Below are positions 15,644 to 24,002 of a DNA stretch of 32,973 nucleotides, piece by piece; within the stretch, counting starts at the first letter, position 1, and each line of letters begins with the position of its first letter. The notes under the pieces are model-generated. The model ran no database searches, had not been told where the DNA came from, and worked only from the letters and a program-made list of their open reading frames with translations. A program made the translations under genes and the position numbers. The stretch comes from a virus (taxonomy: Duplodnaviria > Caudoviricetes): the IMG/VR virus record IMGVR_UViG_3300017649_000013, positions 1 through 32,973 of that record; one strand, 5' to 3'.

Positions 15644-16516
15644 ATGGCCTACAGCTTCCAAGCGGGTGCGTTTCAGTTCGACGCATTCGACGCCTCGATT
15701 GTCGTTGAATTTGAAGCGACGGAGAGCAAAGACACCGCCGCCGCAACGGTTGACGCTCGCACGCTTGGAAGCTTCGCAGTTACCGAAGGCCGCGATACAG
15801 CGGCTTTCACCGTCCAATCTACATCTGACGTTATCATCAACGCCACTGACGTTGGCGACAGCGCGTCCTTTGAAGTCCAGAACGCTACCATTGGCACCAT
15901 AGAGGCCATAGAGGGGACGGATAAGGCCGAGATATGGGTGACGACAGAAGATGTCATCTATGTTGAGTTTTACGCCAACGAAGGCGTTGACACCGCGCAG
16001 TTCGACGTATCGTCGCGCAGCCTTGTTACCTTTGAGGTAACCGAGGCGAGGGACAGCCTCTCTGCCGAAGTCCGTTCGACCTCTGATATTTCGTTTGCCA
16101 TAACAGAGGGCAAGGATACCACCCGTATCGAGATGGACGCCCGGACGCTCGGGCACATCCAAGCGGTTGAAGGAAAAGACCTAGCGGACTTCGACATTTC
16201 GTCCCGCACTCTTGGCAGGTTCGCGGTCACCGAAGCTAAAGACACGGCGGATATAACCGTGTCGGCCATAAGCCATGTTTCGTTTGACATGGTGGAGCCA
16301 GCCGACCGACCGCGCTTCAGGGGCATAGCGGCGTTTTTCAATGAGGGTGATGCGTATTATGTAAATGTGCCTATGGAGGTGCAAGAAGTCACCTTGCCCC
16401 CCGCATCGGTTGGAGCTATTGTCCGGCCAGAACAAACAACCGGCGATCTGCCGTTTGAATGGCAGCGGGCCGATGTGGATCAAGTTCGCGCTACTCGGAA
16501 GGGATACAAAGGATGA
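15644..16516 (+). CDS. Acidic repeat protein (about ten 21-aa repeats), likely fibre or appendage component
   Basis: Repeat consensus F.VTE.KDTA.F.V.S.T.G. is visible about 10 times. Confidence 0.65.
   Translation: MAYSFQAGAFQFDAFDASIVVEFEATESKDTAAATVDARTLGSFAVTEGRDTAAFTVQSTSDVIINATDVGDSASFEVQNATIGTIEAIEGTDKAEIWVTTEDVIYVEFYANEGVDTAQFDVSSRSLVTFEVTEARDSLSAEVRSTSDISFAITEGKDTTRIEMDARTLGHIQAVEGKDLADFDISSRTLGRFAVTEAKDTADITVSAISHVSFDMVEPADRPRFRGIAAFFNEGDAYYVNVPMEVQEVTLPPASVGAIVRPEQTTGDLPFEWQRADVDQVRATRKGYKG
16025..16041. repeat. GTTACC box (N5): GTTACC TTTGA GGTAAC
   Basis: Perfect arms, intragenic (VTFEVT). Confidence 0.8.
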
Positions 16517-16797
16517 GGATAGCGAAATTCCGTAAGGCCCCCGCCGACAGAAAGCGATACGTCATAAATTATTCTGACTGGCTCAACGAGGATGAAATCC
16601 TCGAAAGTGTGTCCATGTCCGGTAACGCCGAAGACGATGAATTTTACGTCGATGGATATATCATCGGTGAGACGGGCAAGGATGTCATTTTCTTTGTGAG
16701 CGGCGGCGTCGATTGTAAAGAATACGATGTATATTGCACCGTCCATACATCGTGGCAGCAAATCAAAGAGGACTATGTTACCATCGTGGTAACCTAA
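16513..16797 (+). CDS. Small virion protein, possible fibre-tail adaptor
   Basis: Start MRIAKF at 16513 (ATGA overlap). K.PAD...Y.I.Y..WL and VSGG motifs. Confidence 0.6.
   Translation: MRIAKFRKAPADRKRYVINYSDWLNEDEILESVSMSGNAEDDEFYVDGYIIGETGKDVIFFVSGGVDCKEYDVYCTVHTSWQQIKEDYVTIVVT
16777..16793. repeat. GTTACC box (N5): GTTACC ATCGT GGTAAC
   Basis: Last codons of 16513..16797, just upstream of the tail fibre gene. Confidence 0.85.
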
Positions 16798-16810
16798 GAG
16801 GGTCGAGCAG

Positions 16811-17680
16811 ATGGCAGTTAGCATTAAGCATAAGTTCGTTTCCAACAAGGCGGACAGCCAAGACGCTACTTTGGTTCGCCCTTCAAACTGGAACGACGAA
16901 CACAACCTTATAATGAACGGAAGTTCCCTTCTTGGCCGGACGGCGACCGGGACCGGCGCTGCCGCAGAAGTGACTTTGGGTGCTGGTCTTGAGTTCTCCG
17001 CTGGCGCTCTCCGGGTCAAGATAGGGTCGGGCGGCTTACAGCCGTATTTCGGTGATTATACCCCTGTAAACAGGGCCGGTGACACGATGACCGGCAGCCT
17101 TGTACTACAAGGCGGCGAATTGCAAATACGACGAGATGCTAGCACCCGTGTTTTAAGGTTCGCCAATACAGCCGGTGAAGAGCAGGGCATCATCTATAGC
17201 GATGCCACTGGTGATAACCTTATTATGCGTATAAAGACTTCGGAAAAATTCCGCCTTACCCTTGGGGGGACGGAAACAACCGGGCGGCATACAATCAAGG
17301 GATCAAACCGCACTTGGTATTTTGAGCACTACACAACGGGGGGGTATTTCCGCCTAGTCGATGTCGAGGGGAACGCCGAGCGGTGGCGCGTCGGTACAGA
17401 TGGGTCGGTGTGGACCTCCCAACTAGGTGATTTAAGCACTCGCATAGAGAGCAGGGCAGCAGCATGGGCCAATGACCGTGTTTCGCAGATCGCTTCGCGT
17501 CTAGTATCACGCGCGCAAGGCATTGTATCAGGATCAAGTGGAACAGAAGGGCCGTCAGGAACGGTTGTCACTGGCTTTTCTCATGCCAATATAACCAGTG
17601 ACGTTCAAATCGGCTATTACTACCGATATCTCCAAATATATGACCCGGTGAGGGGTTGGGTTTCGGCTACCTACCAATAA
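16811..17680 (+). CDS. Tail fibre protein
   Basis: N-terminal H.FVS...D..D..LVRPSNWNDEH, VNRAGDTMTG.L fibre motif, C-terminal YYRYLQ....GWV knob. Confidence 0.8.
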   Translation: MAVSIKHKFVSNKADSQDATLVRPSNWNDEHNLIMNGSSLLGRTATGTGAAAEVTLGAGLEFSAGALRVKIGSGGLQPYFGDYTPVNRAGDTMTGSLVLQGGELQIRRDASTRVLRFANTAGEEQGIIYSDATGDNLIMRIKTSEKFRLTLGGTETTGRHTIKGSNRTWYFEHYTTGGYFRLVDVEGNAERWRVGTDGSVWTSQLGDLSTRIESRAAAWANDRVSQIASRLVSRAQGIVSGSSGTEGPSGTVVTGFSHANITSDVQIGYYYRYLQIYDPVRGWVSATYQ

Positions 17681-17689
17681 GAGGCTGGT

Positions 17690-18265
17690 ATGATAATCAC
17701 AAATTACGGACACTTCACACGCGCCACGGGTGACAGCCCATATATCATGTTCTTCAAGAATGAAGAGGGGCAGGATTGGTATGAGATGCAGCGAGGGGAA
17801 ACCGATGGCGTTCCTAAGCTCGTTGAGCTTGGGGATCAGGGGGTTTTCATAAGCTCCATCCATCCTGTTTGGTGCATGGTAAACCCGCAGGGGGTTGTGA
17901 CGAACGTGGAGTTCGACCCCTCGCGCATGGTGCCGGACGATAAGACCATACTCGGCTTTGACGAGGCCACGCTGGATGACGTGAAAGAGGGTATGCTGTA
18001 TCAGAACGGCGAACTTCTTCCCGCGCCTGAGCCGGAACCGGCCCCATACAGCCTATCCAAGGAAATCCCTTGGCTTCGGATGACGGATGCGGAAGCCGAG
18101 GATGCCGATCAAGCCTTTAACTCGGCAAGTGTTCGGTTTCGACAGGCATACAATTCAGCCGCCTCTCTGACCTCTGGGACCGATCTATGGAACCAGTGGA
18201 GGAACATCCTCCTGTCTGTTTTCACAGAGGAACGGGTGGACGAACTTCTGGCACCGGAGACATGA
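17690..18265 (+). CDS. Tail fibre assembly chaperone-like protein
   Basis: Follows the fibre gene. FFKNEEGQDWYE resembles Tfa-type chaperone N-termini. Confidence 0.65.
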   Translation: MIITNYGHFTRATGDSPYIMFFKNEEGQDWYEMQRGETDGVPKLVELGDQGVFISSIHPVWCMVNPQGVVTNVEFDPSRMVPDDKTILGFDEATLDDVKEGMLYQNGELLPAPEPEPAPYSLSKEIPWLRMTDAEAEDADQAFNSASVRFRQAYNSAASLTSGTDLWNQWRNILLSVFTEERVDELLAPET

Positions 18266-18283
18266 GTTACCACGCAAGGTAAC
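18266..18283. repeat. GTTACC box (N6): GTTACC ACGCAA GGTAAC
   Basis: Consensus copy upstream of the endolysin gene. Confidence 0.9.
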
Positions 18284-18296
18284 TGAAAGGGTTGGG

Positions 18297-19472
18297 ATGA
18301 AAAACAGATCGAAGTTTTACGACAGTTTGAGGAAGTCGGCCTTGTTCGGCCCCCGGCTGTCACAGCCGCAGGTGACCGGAATTGAAGCGATCTTAGACGC
18401 CTGTTTCAGATACGGGGTGGATGACCCCCACCACGTTTGCTACATCCTTGCGAACGTGTACCGTGAGACGGGGGGGTACATGTTCCCCATCAAAGAAACG
18501 GTGTACGCCTCCCACAAGGATAAGAACCCGTCCGACAAGACGGTTATCGCCCGTCTTAATAAGGCGTATGTGGCAGGCAAACTGCCATGGGTGAAAAATC
18601 CGTATTGGGAGAACGGATGGTTCGGGCGTGGGCAGCTTCAGATCACGCACAAGTCGAACTATGAGAAGATGGGGAAGCGCCTCGACGTTGATCTAGTGTC
18701 CCATCCAGAGAAGGCACTTGACCCGAATATCAGTGCGGATATCGCGGTTGTCGGTATGTCGGAGGGCCTGTTCACGGGCAAGAAGCTCTCCGACTACAAG
18801 TTCCCCGATGACGTGGAGAACCCGCCCGCCGAGAACCCGCGCCGCATCGTCAACGGCAAAGACGGTACGGACGAACAGGTTGCCGGGTATTACCGCACGT
18901 TCTATGCCGCGATGAAATATGCTGGCGTGGGCAAGGAAATCCTTGAGGTGGCCCCGACGCCGGAATACAGCCGTGATGTAGTCCGGTCTGTCCAGCAGCT
19001 ATTGCGCGACAAGGGATATCCCGAGGTCGGCGAGGTGGACGGCCTCATGGGCGAGCGCACGCGCAACGTCATCATGGTGTTCGAGGCGAACAACGGCCTG
19101 CCCATCAAAGGCGAAATCTCCGACGAGCTTCTAGCCCATCTTGTCAAAGCCCCTCCAAGGCTCATGTCGCCGAAGCGGGCCAACGCGACCGAAAAGGACT
19201 TGATGTCTTCCAAGAGCGTCAAGCAGGGGAACTGGCTGAAGAAGATCGGGATTGCCGTCCTCACGACCAGTGGCATCGGTGGCCTCATGGATGGCTCTGG
19301 TGACTTGCAGGAAGTGGTGACCGGCGTGAATAAGCTCAACGCCCTCTTTGGCGCTTTGGGCAGCCTTTCGCCTTGGATCATCGGCATTGCGGCTGGTGGT
19401 GCTGCCATTTACTTCGGTGGTAACTTCATCCGTGAGCAGGTGCAGGCGTATCGGGAGGGGAGGCACGTTTGA
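18297..19472 (+). CDS. Endolysin: GH19-like catalytic domain, peptidoglycan-binding domain and C-terminal hydrophobic helices
   Basis: LA.VYRETG, GRGQLQIT.KSNY and RRIVNG (GH19). VRSVQQLL...GY...VDGLMG.RT (PG_binding_1-like). Hydrophobic C-terminal segments. Confidence 0.85.
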   Translation: MKNRSKFYDSLRKSALFGPRLSQPQVTGIEAILDACFRYGVDDPHHVCYILANVYRETGGYMFPIKETVYASHKDKNPSDKTVIARLNKAYVAGKLPWVKNPYWENGWFGRGQLQITHKSNYEKMGKRLDVDLVSHPEKALDPNISADIAVVGMSEGLFTGKKLSDYKFPDDVENPPAENPRRIVNGKDGTDEQVAGYYRTFYAAMKYAGVGKEILEVAPTPEYSRDVVRSVQQLLRDKGYPEVGEVDGLMGERTRNVIMVFEANNGLPIKGEISDELLAHLVKAPPRLMSPKRANATEKDLMSSKSVKQGNWLKKIGIAVLTTSGIGGLMDGSGDLQEVVTGVNKLNALFGALGSLSPWIIGIAAGGAAIYFGGNFIREQVQAYREGRHV

Positions 19473-19699
19473 GTTGGATAAAAGGCGGCATCACCCTAGG
19501 TATAATATTGGGCTTGGCATACACACATGTTCTGGCCTACAATTGGGGGAAGGACGCGGAACGGCGTGACGCGCTAGAGCGTTCCATTAAGCTCCTGCGG
19601 GACAGGAAAGAGACAGATGAAACGATCCGCAATATGGGTGATGCTGACTTGTGCGCCGCTCTTCACGGTCGCTTCATGCCAGACGGTTCCTGTCAATAG
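19469..19699 (+). CDS. Putative i-spanin (Rz-like)
   Basis: N-terminal TM segment, helical periplasmic part and C-terminal Cys, directly after the endolysin. Confidence 0.65.
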   Translation: MSWIKGGITLGIILGLAYTHVLAYNWGKDAERRDALERSIKLLRDRKETDETIRNMGDADLCAALHGRFMPDGSCQ

Positions 19700-19829
19700 C
19701 TGCGACATACTGCGGCAACCGCCAGAGATGAAGAGCGAAACAAGGTCGGCGATCTTCAGGGATAAGCCGGTCGCGCAATGGGTTGTAGCTATCGACACAG
19801 ATGGTAAAAAGGCGGGGTGTTGGGAATAA
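19617..19829 (+). CDS. Putative o-spanin lipoprotein (Rz1-like)
   Basis: Overlaps the i-spanin in another frame. Signal peptide with lipobox VAS-C and terminal GCW. Confidence 0.65.
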   Translation: MKRSAIWVMLTCAPLFTVASCQTVPVNSCDILRQPPEMKSETRSAIFRDKPVAQWVVAIDTDGKKAGCWE

Positions 19830-19858
19830 CCCCTCCATCCGAACAACAGGAGAATATG

Positions 19859-20392
19859 ATGGTAAGCAAGGCAGAGGAACTTTTGAAGGCGGCACGCGAA
19901 CGCGCCAACATCGCCGAGGAAACCGACAAGGCAAAGGCAGAGACCGAGAAGGCCGACGCCCGTGTTCAGGATCAGGTGGCCGAGAACAAGCGCGCCGCCG
20001 CCGCCGACGAGAAGATTGAGGGCCGCGTGCAGGCCCGCGCAGCTTCCCTGACCGGCGAGGTTGACCCGGATGCCATGGGTGACGTGAAGGGTGACGGGCG
20101 CGATGCCAAGGACTACCCCGACGACGACCCAGACAAGTACCTTGGCGTGCCGACCTATGAGCACGGACTTGCGGCGACCAATGCCGACAATCCTTACGGA
20201 ACCCGGCAGTCGGAACGCACGCGCGCCGAAATTGAGCGTGGTCGCCAGCTTCTCGAAGCAAAGAAGTCTTCCCGTGAGAGGGAAGCGCCGAAGGCCGGAA
20301 CCAGAACCAGAACCGTTGTGACGGACGCCGACGAAGACCCCAAGGGTGAAGAAGGCGCAAAGAAGGCTGAGGCCAAGGCTACCCGCAAGTAA
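19859..20392 (+). CDS. Highly charged, probably disordered hypothetical protein
   Basis: AGGAG RBS before ATG at 19856/19859. Rich in A/E/K/D/R and followed by a terminator. Confidence 0.75.
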   Translation: MVSKAEELLKAARERANIAEETDKAKAETEKADARVQDQVAENKRAAAADEKIEGRVQARAASLTGEVDPDAMGDVKGDGRDAKDYPDDDPDKYLGVPTYEHGLAATNADNPYGTRQSERTRAEIERGRQLLEAKKSSREREAPKAGTRTRTVVTDADEDPKGEEGAKKAEAKATRK

Positions 20393-20415
20393 ACACCTCC
20401 CTATTTGCGGGTTAT

Positions 20416-20451
20416 AAGGCGGTGTGTGGGTCTTCCATGCACCGCCTTTTT
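20416..20451 (+). terminator. Rho-independent terminator
   Basis: AAGGCGGTGTGTGG/CCATGCACCGCCTT stem followed by a T-run. Confidence 0.8.
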
Positions 20452-20464
20452 CAAATATAAGGTA

Positions 20465-20482
20465 GTTACCACGCGAGGTAAG
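20465..20482. repeat. GTTACC box (N6): GTTACC ACGCGA GGTAAG
   Basis: Between the terminator and ATG 20491. Confidence 0.85.
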
Positions 20483-20490
20483 GGCTAAAG

Positions 20491-22275
20491 ATGGTTGCCA
20501 TTAAGCTACCTATTTTTTCTGGAATGGTGCCGTCTATCGATCCGCATTTGCTGGCGGACCAGAACGCATCATTTGCGCAAAATGCATGGCTTTATTCTGG
20601 TGCTTTGTCCGGCCTTCCCAAGATGGCCGAGTTGCACACCTTAGCGAACCCGCAGGCGACGATTGCCTTTCGCATACCGGGTAACGAGGCTGACCCGACC
20701 TACCTCTACAACAGCACGTGGATGGAGTTCGAGAATGTCAACACGGACTTCATATCAGCCCCCGTCGCTGACGACATGCACAAGCGTTTCTATTGGGCTT
20801 CCACTTCGACCCCGCCCATGTACAACACGCTCGACCGCATCAGGAACGGCCAACCTGCATGGCTTCTAGGCGTGCCGCAACCGGGCAACCTGACTGTCAA
20901 CGCAGCGGGCGGCTCAAGCTCCACCACGGTCTCTCGTGCCTATGTGGCAACCCTTGTCACCGCTTACGGCGAAGAGGGGCCGACAAGCAACCCGGTGCTC
21001 ATAAACGGCAAAGTTGATGACACCTACACGGTGACCATCCCAGCTGTCCCCGCCGCCGATTTAGGCGTGCAGAGGAACATCACCAAGATACGGCTGTACC
21101 GCACGATCACTTCAGCAGCGGGCACCGCGACCTACTATCAGGTTGCGGAGTTGAACGCTCTGGCGACCACGCAAACCTACGATGACACGATGTCCGACGC
21201 CACGCTTGCTTCCAACCCGATATTGGAAAGCACGGCTTGGACGGCCCCGCCCGATTTGGAAGGCATATGCACTATGCCGAACGGCATTGTTGCCGGGTTC
21301 AAGAAAAACGAGCTTTATTTCTCGGAAGCCTACCGCCCGCACGCATGGCCAGCTGCCTACGCGCTTACCCTTGAGCATGATATCGTCGGACTGGCCGTGG
21401 TTAGCCAAACGCTCGTGGTGTGCACCAAGGGGAACCCTTACACCGCATCCGGTGTGAACCCGGCCTCTATCACCACGTCAATGCTTGCCGCGTTCGAGCC
21501 ATGCCTTACCAAAGGCTCTATCCTGCCGACCGAGGCGGGTGTGTATTATACCTCGCCAAACGGCCTCATTCTCGTGAACGCTGGTTTTGCCCAGAATGTC
21601 ACCCAGCAGTTCATTTCACGCGACAAATGGAACGAATTGGCCAACCGGGCGAAGATCAACGCGGGCAGGCTGGGGACGGCGTTCTATGCCTTCGGAATGG
21701 GCGTGCAGCGCATAGCCCAAGACAACTTCATCCAGCAGAACATGGTGCAGCAGGAGAGCAATGACGGTGCCAGCGATGGTTTCCTCATTGACCCGACAAA
21801 CACCAATGTCGGCATGGTGGTGCTTCGTTCGCCGTCCAACGTGAAGAGCGTCCGAAACGACATATTTTCAGGCGAGATGCTTGTTGTCATGGACGGCAAG
21901 GTCTACTGGCTCGACCAGCGACCGGGGTACGAAATCGACCCTTACATATGGCGGTCCAAGGTATTTCAGACGCCGTACATGAAGAACTTCGCCGCGTTCA
22001 AAGTCTACTTCTATGAGCCGGAAGGCATAATAGAGTTTCCGAACCCTCCCAACTTCGACCCAAATCAGGAGTTTGACCCGGCTACCCAGCTTGCTGTTGT
22101 CCGCGTCTTTGCGGATAATAGGATCATACTCACGCACGAGTTGCGGAAGTCTGGGGAGCTCCATCGCCTACCGTCCGGCTTCAAAGCGGACTTCTGGCAG
22201 ATCGAGATAGAGGCTCGGGTTCCGATAAAGAGTTTCCAGATGGCCACTTCTGTTAAGGAGCTTCAGTTTGTCTAA
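20491..22275 (+). CDS. Tail nozzle or DNA-stabilisation protein (tail tubular B-like)
   Basis: 594 aa, beta-propeller-like motifs (LYFSEAYRPHAWP, VYYTSPNGL, YIWRSKVF, RLPSGF), upstream of the ejection proteins. Confidence 0.7.
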   Translation: MVAIKLPIFSGMVPSIDPHLLADQNASFAQNAWLYSGALSGLPKMAELHTLANPQATIAFRIPGNEADPTYLYNSTWMEFENVNTDFISAPVADDMHKRFYWASTSTPPMYNTLDRIRNGQPAWLLGVPQPGNLTVNAAGGSSSTTVSRAYVATLVTAYGEEGPTSNPVLINGKVDDTYTVTIPAVPAADLGVQRNITKIRLYRTITSAAGTATYYQVAELNALATTQTYDDTMSDATLASNPILESTAWTAPPDLEGICTMPNGIVAGFKKNELYFSEAYRPHAWPAAYALTLEHDIVGLAVVSQTLVVCTKGNPYTASGVNPASITTSMLAAFEPCLTKGSILPTEAGVYYTSPNGLILVNAGFAQNVTQQFISRDKWNELANRAKINAGRLGTAFYAFGMGVQRIAQDNFIQQNMVQQESNDGASDGFLIDPTNTNVGMVVLRSPSNVKSVRNDIFSGEMLVVMDGKVYWLDQRPGYEIDPYIWRSKVFQTPYMKNFAAFKVYFYEPEGIIEFPNPPNFDPNQEFDPATQLAVVRVFADNRIILTHELRKSGELHRLPSGFKADFWQIEIEARVPIKSFQMATSVKELQFV

Positions 22276-22453
22276 GATCAAGTATCCATCGGTCCCAGAA
22301 CCGACACAGGACGTGCGATCGTTGCAGGCCAGTGTTCTGGCGCTCAAAGAGAACGTGGAAATTCTGACGGGGCAAAGGCGCGGACCCACCCCTGTCACGT
22401 GGGATGATCTGGTTCGCCTTGGCCTCATTGAAGAGGCTGATATTCCGAGATGA
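22268..22453 (+). CDS. Small virion-associated hypothetical protein
   Basis: 61 aa, overlapping both neighbours. LKENVEILTGQR...VTWDDLVRLGL. Confidence 0.65.
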   Translation: MSKIKYPSVPEPTQDVRSLQASVLALKENVEILTGQRRGPTPVTWDDLVRLGLIEEADIPR

Positions 22454-22902
22454 TCCATTTCAACAGCGAGGATCACGGGCGGCAAATCATGAAGGCGGCA
22501 GGGGCGGATTTCTCCCCCCGCCTCATGAGCGTCATCAGCCGGTCAGAGAATGGCGTGTTGTACGGCGGCGTTGTCTACGAGAACTATACCGGGAAGAACG
22601 GTTCTCTTCTGGTCCATATCGCCGGTTTCCATCGGAGATGGATTAACCGTGATCTGTTATGGGTAATCTTCGACTATCCATTCAGACAACTCGATTGCAA
22701 ACAAGCCTTTGCTCAGGTAAGAGCAAAAGAGAAGCATACGCTAAAGTTTTGCCTGTCATTCGGGTGGAAGGAAGTGATAACACTTGAGGGTGTATTTCCT
22801 GACGACGATATGATATTACTCCGAATGCTGCGCGACGAATGCCGATTTCTCAACTTGAAACCTCGTAAGCTTCAGCCTAGAAGGACGCCTAAAGATGGGT
22901 AA
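22450..22902 (+). CDS. GNAT-fold acetyltransferase-like protein
   Basis: W....LL..IFDYPF.QL and F...FG.KE...L motifs. A GNAT gene commonly precedes podovirus internal proteins. Confidence 0.7.
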   Translation: MIHFNSEDHGRQIMKAAGADFSPRLMSVISRSENGVLYGGVVYENYTGKNGSLLVHIAGFHRRWINRDLLWVIFDYPFRQLDCKQAFAQVRAKEKHTLKFCLSFGWKEVITLEGVFPDDDMILLRMLRDECRFLNLKPRKLQPRRTPKDG

Positions 22903-23980
22903 GCCCAAGGCACCCCCTCCCCCCGATTACAGTGCTATCGCTGCCGCATCCGAACGCGCCGCCGAGCTTTCGTTTCAGCTTGGGCGCGAACAGCTTGCGT
23001 GGGCAAAAGAGCAGTACGCCAAAGACAGTTCGATTTACGAACGTATTGTCAACGGCTTCCTGTCCGATATGGACGAAACCAGTGAAGCGGCTGCCGAAGA
23101 TCGAGCCTTCTACAAGGATCACTTCCAGCCCCTTGAGCAGGCCCTTGCGGAAGAGGCGAGGAACTACGACACGCCTGAACGGCGTGCTAAGGAAATGGGC
23201 GCAGCGCAAGCCCAGATCGCCCAGCAGTTCGACGCCCAGCGAGAGAACGCCCAGCGAGAACTTGAAGCGTATGGCATTGATCCAAGCTCTACCCGGTATG
23301 CGGCCCTAGATATCGGAGTTAGGACGGCACAGGCGGCAGCGCAGGCAGCGGCGGGGACGGCGGCTAGTAACCGCGTCGAAGACGTTGGCCGAGCGCTTCG
23401 CTCCGAAGCCATCAACGTTGGTCGGGGATACCCGGGCCAGATCGCCGGGAGCTACCAGACTTCCGCCCAGATGGGACAGGGAGCCGCAGGGGCAACCGGG
23501 CAGGGGACATCCATCGGTGGCCAGACGATGGGCACCGCGCCGCAATACATGGGCTTGGGCAATCAGTCGTTGGGTGTCTGGGGCAACACACTCAACATGA
23601 GCTACCAGAACCAGCTTGACCGCTGGAAGGCCCAGAACTCCGTATCGTCCGGTTGGGGCAGCGCGCTTGGCCTTATCGGCGGTATCGCTGGCAAAGCCTT
23701 CGGACTGGAAGAGGGCGGTGTGGTCCCCGATCCACGAGAGGTAGGGGCTATACCGGAGGAAATGTCTCCCTCTGCCGGTGGAGTACCGGACGATGTTCCG
23801 GCCAACCTCGATGTTGGGGAGTTCGTCATACCCGAAGACGTTGTGTCTTGGTACGGCGAGAAACACATGTACTCGCTTATTGAGAAGGCGCAGAAAGAAC
23901 GCGAGCAGGCCAAGCAGGCAACGGGAGCAATCCCCGAGGTCGGCCCGCAGGCTGGCCCGCCTGTCTTGCAGTCGGCATAA
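22895..23980 (+). CDS. Internal virion (ejection or DNA-transfer) protein
   Basis: MGKPKAPPPPDY N-terminus, Ala/Gln/Gly-rich helices, C-terminal GG.V...DDVPA.L..GEFVIP..VV motif. Confidence 0.7.
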   Translation: MGKPKAPPPPDYSAIAAASERAAELSFQLGREQLAWAKEQYAKDSSIYERIVNGFLSDMDETSEAAAEDRAFYKDHFQPLEQALAEEARNYDTPERRAKEMGAAQAQIAQQFDAQRENAQRELEAYGIDPSSTRYAALDIGVRTAQAAAQAAAGTAASNRVEDVGRALRSEAINVGRGYPGQIAGSYQTSAQMGQGAAGATGQGTSIGGQTMGTAPQYMGLGNQSLGVWGNTLNMSYQNQLDRWKAQNSVSSGWGSALGLIGGIAGKAFGLEEGGVVPDPREVGAIPEEMSPSAGGVPDDVPANLDVGEFVIPEDVVSWYGEKHMYSLIEKAQKEREQAKQATGAIPEVGPQAGPPVLQSA

Positions 23981-23997
23981 TTACCACGCGAGGTAAC
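23980..23997. repeat. GTTACC box (N6): ATTACC ACGCGA GGTAAC
   Basis: Fills the gap before 24003 and contains a GAGGT RBS. Confidence 0.85.
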
Positions 23998-24002
23998 ACC
24001 AA

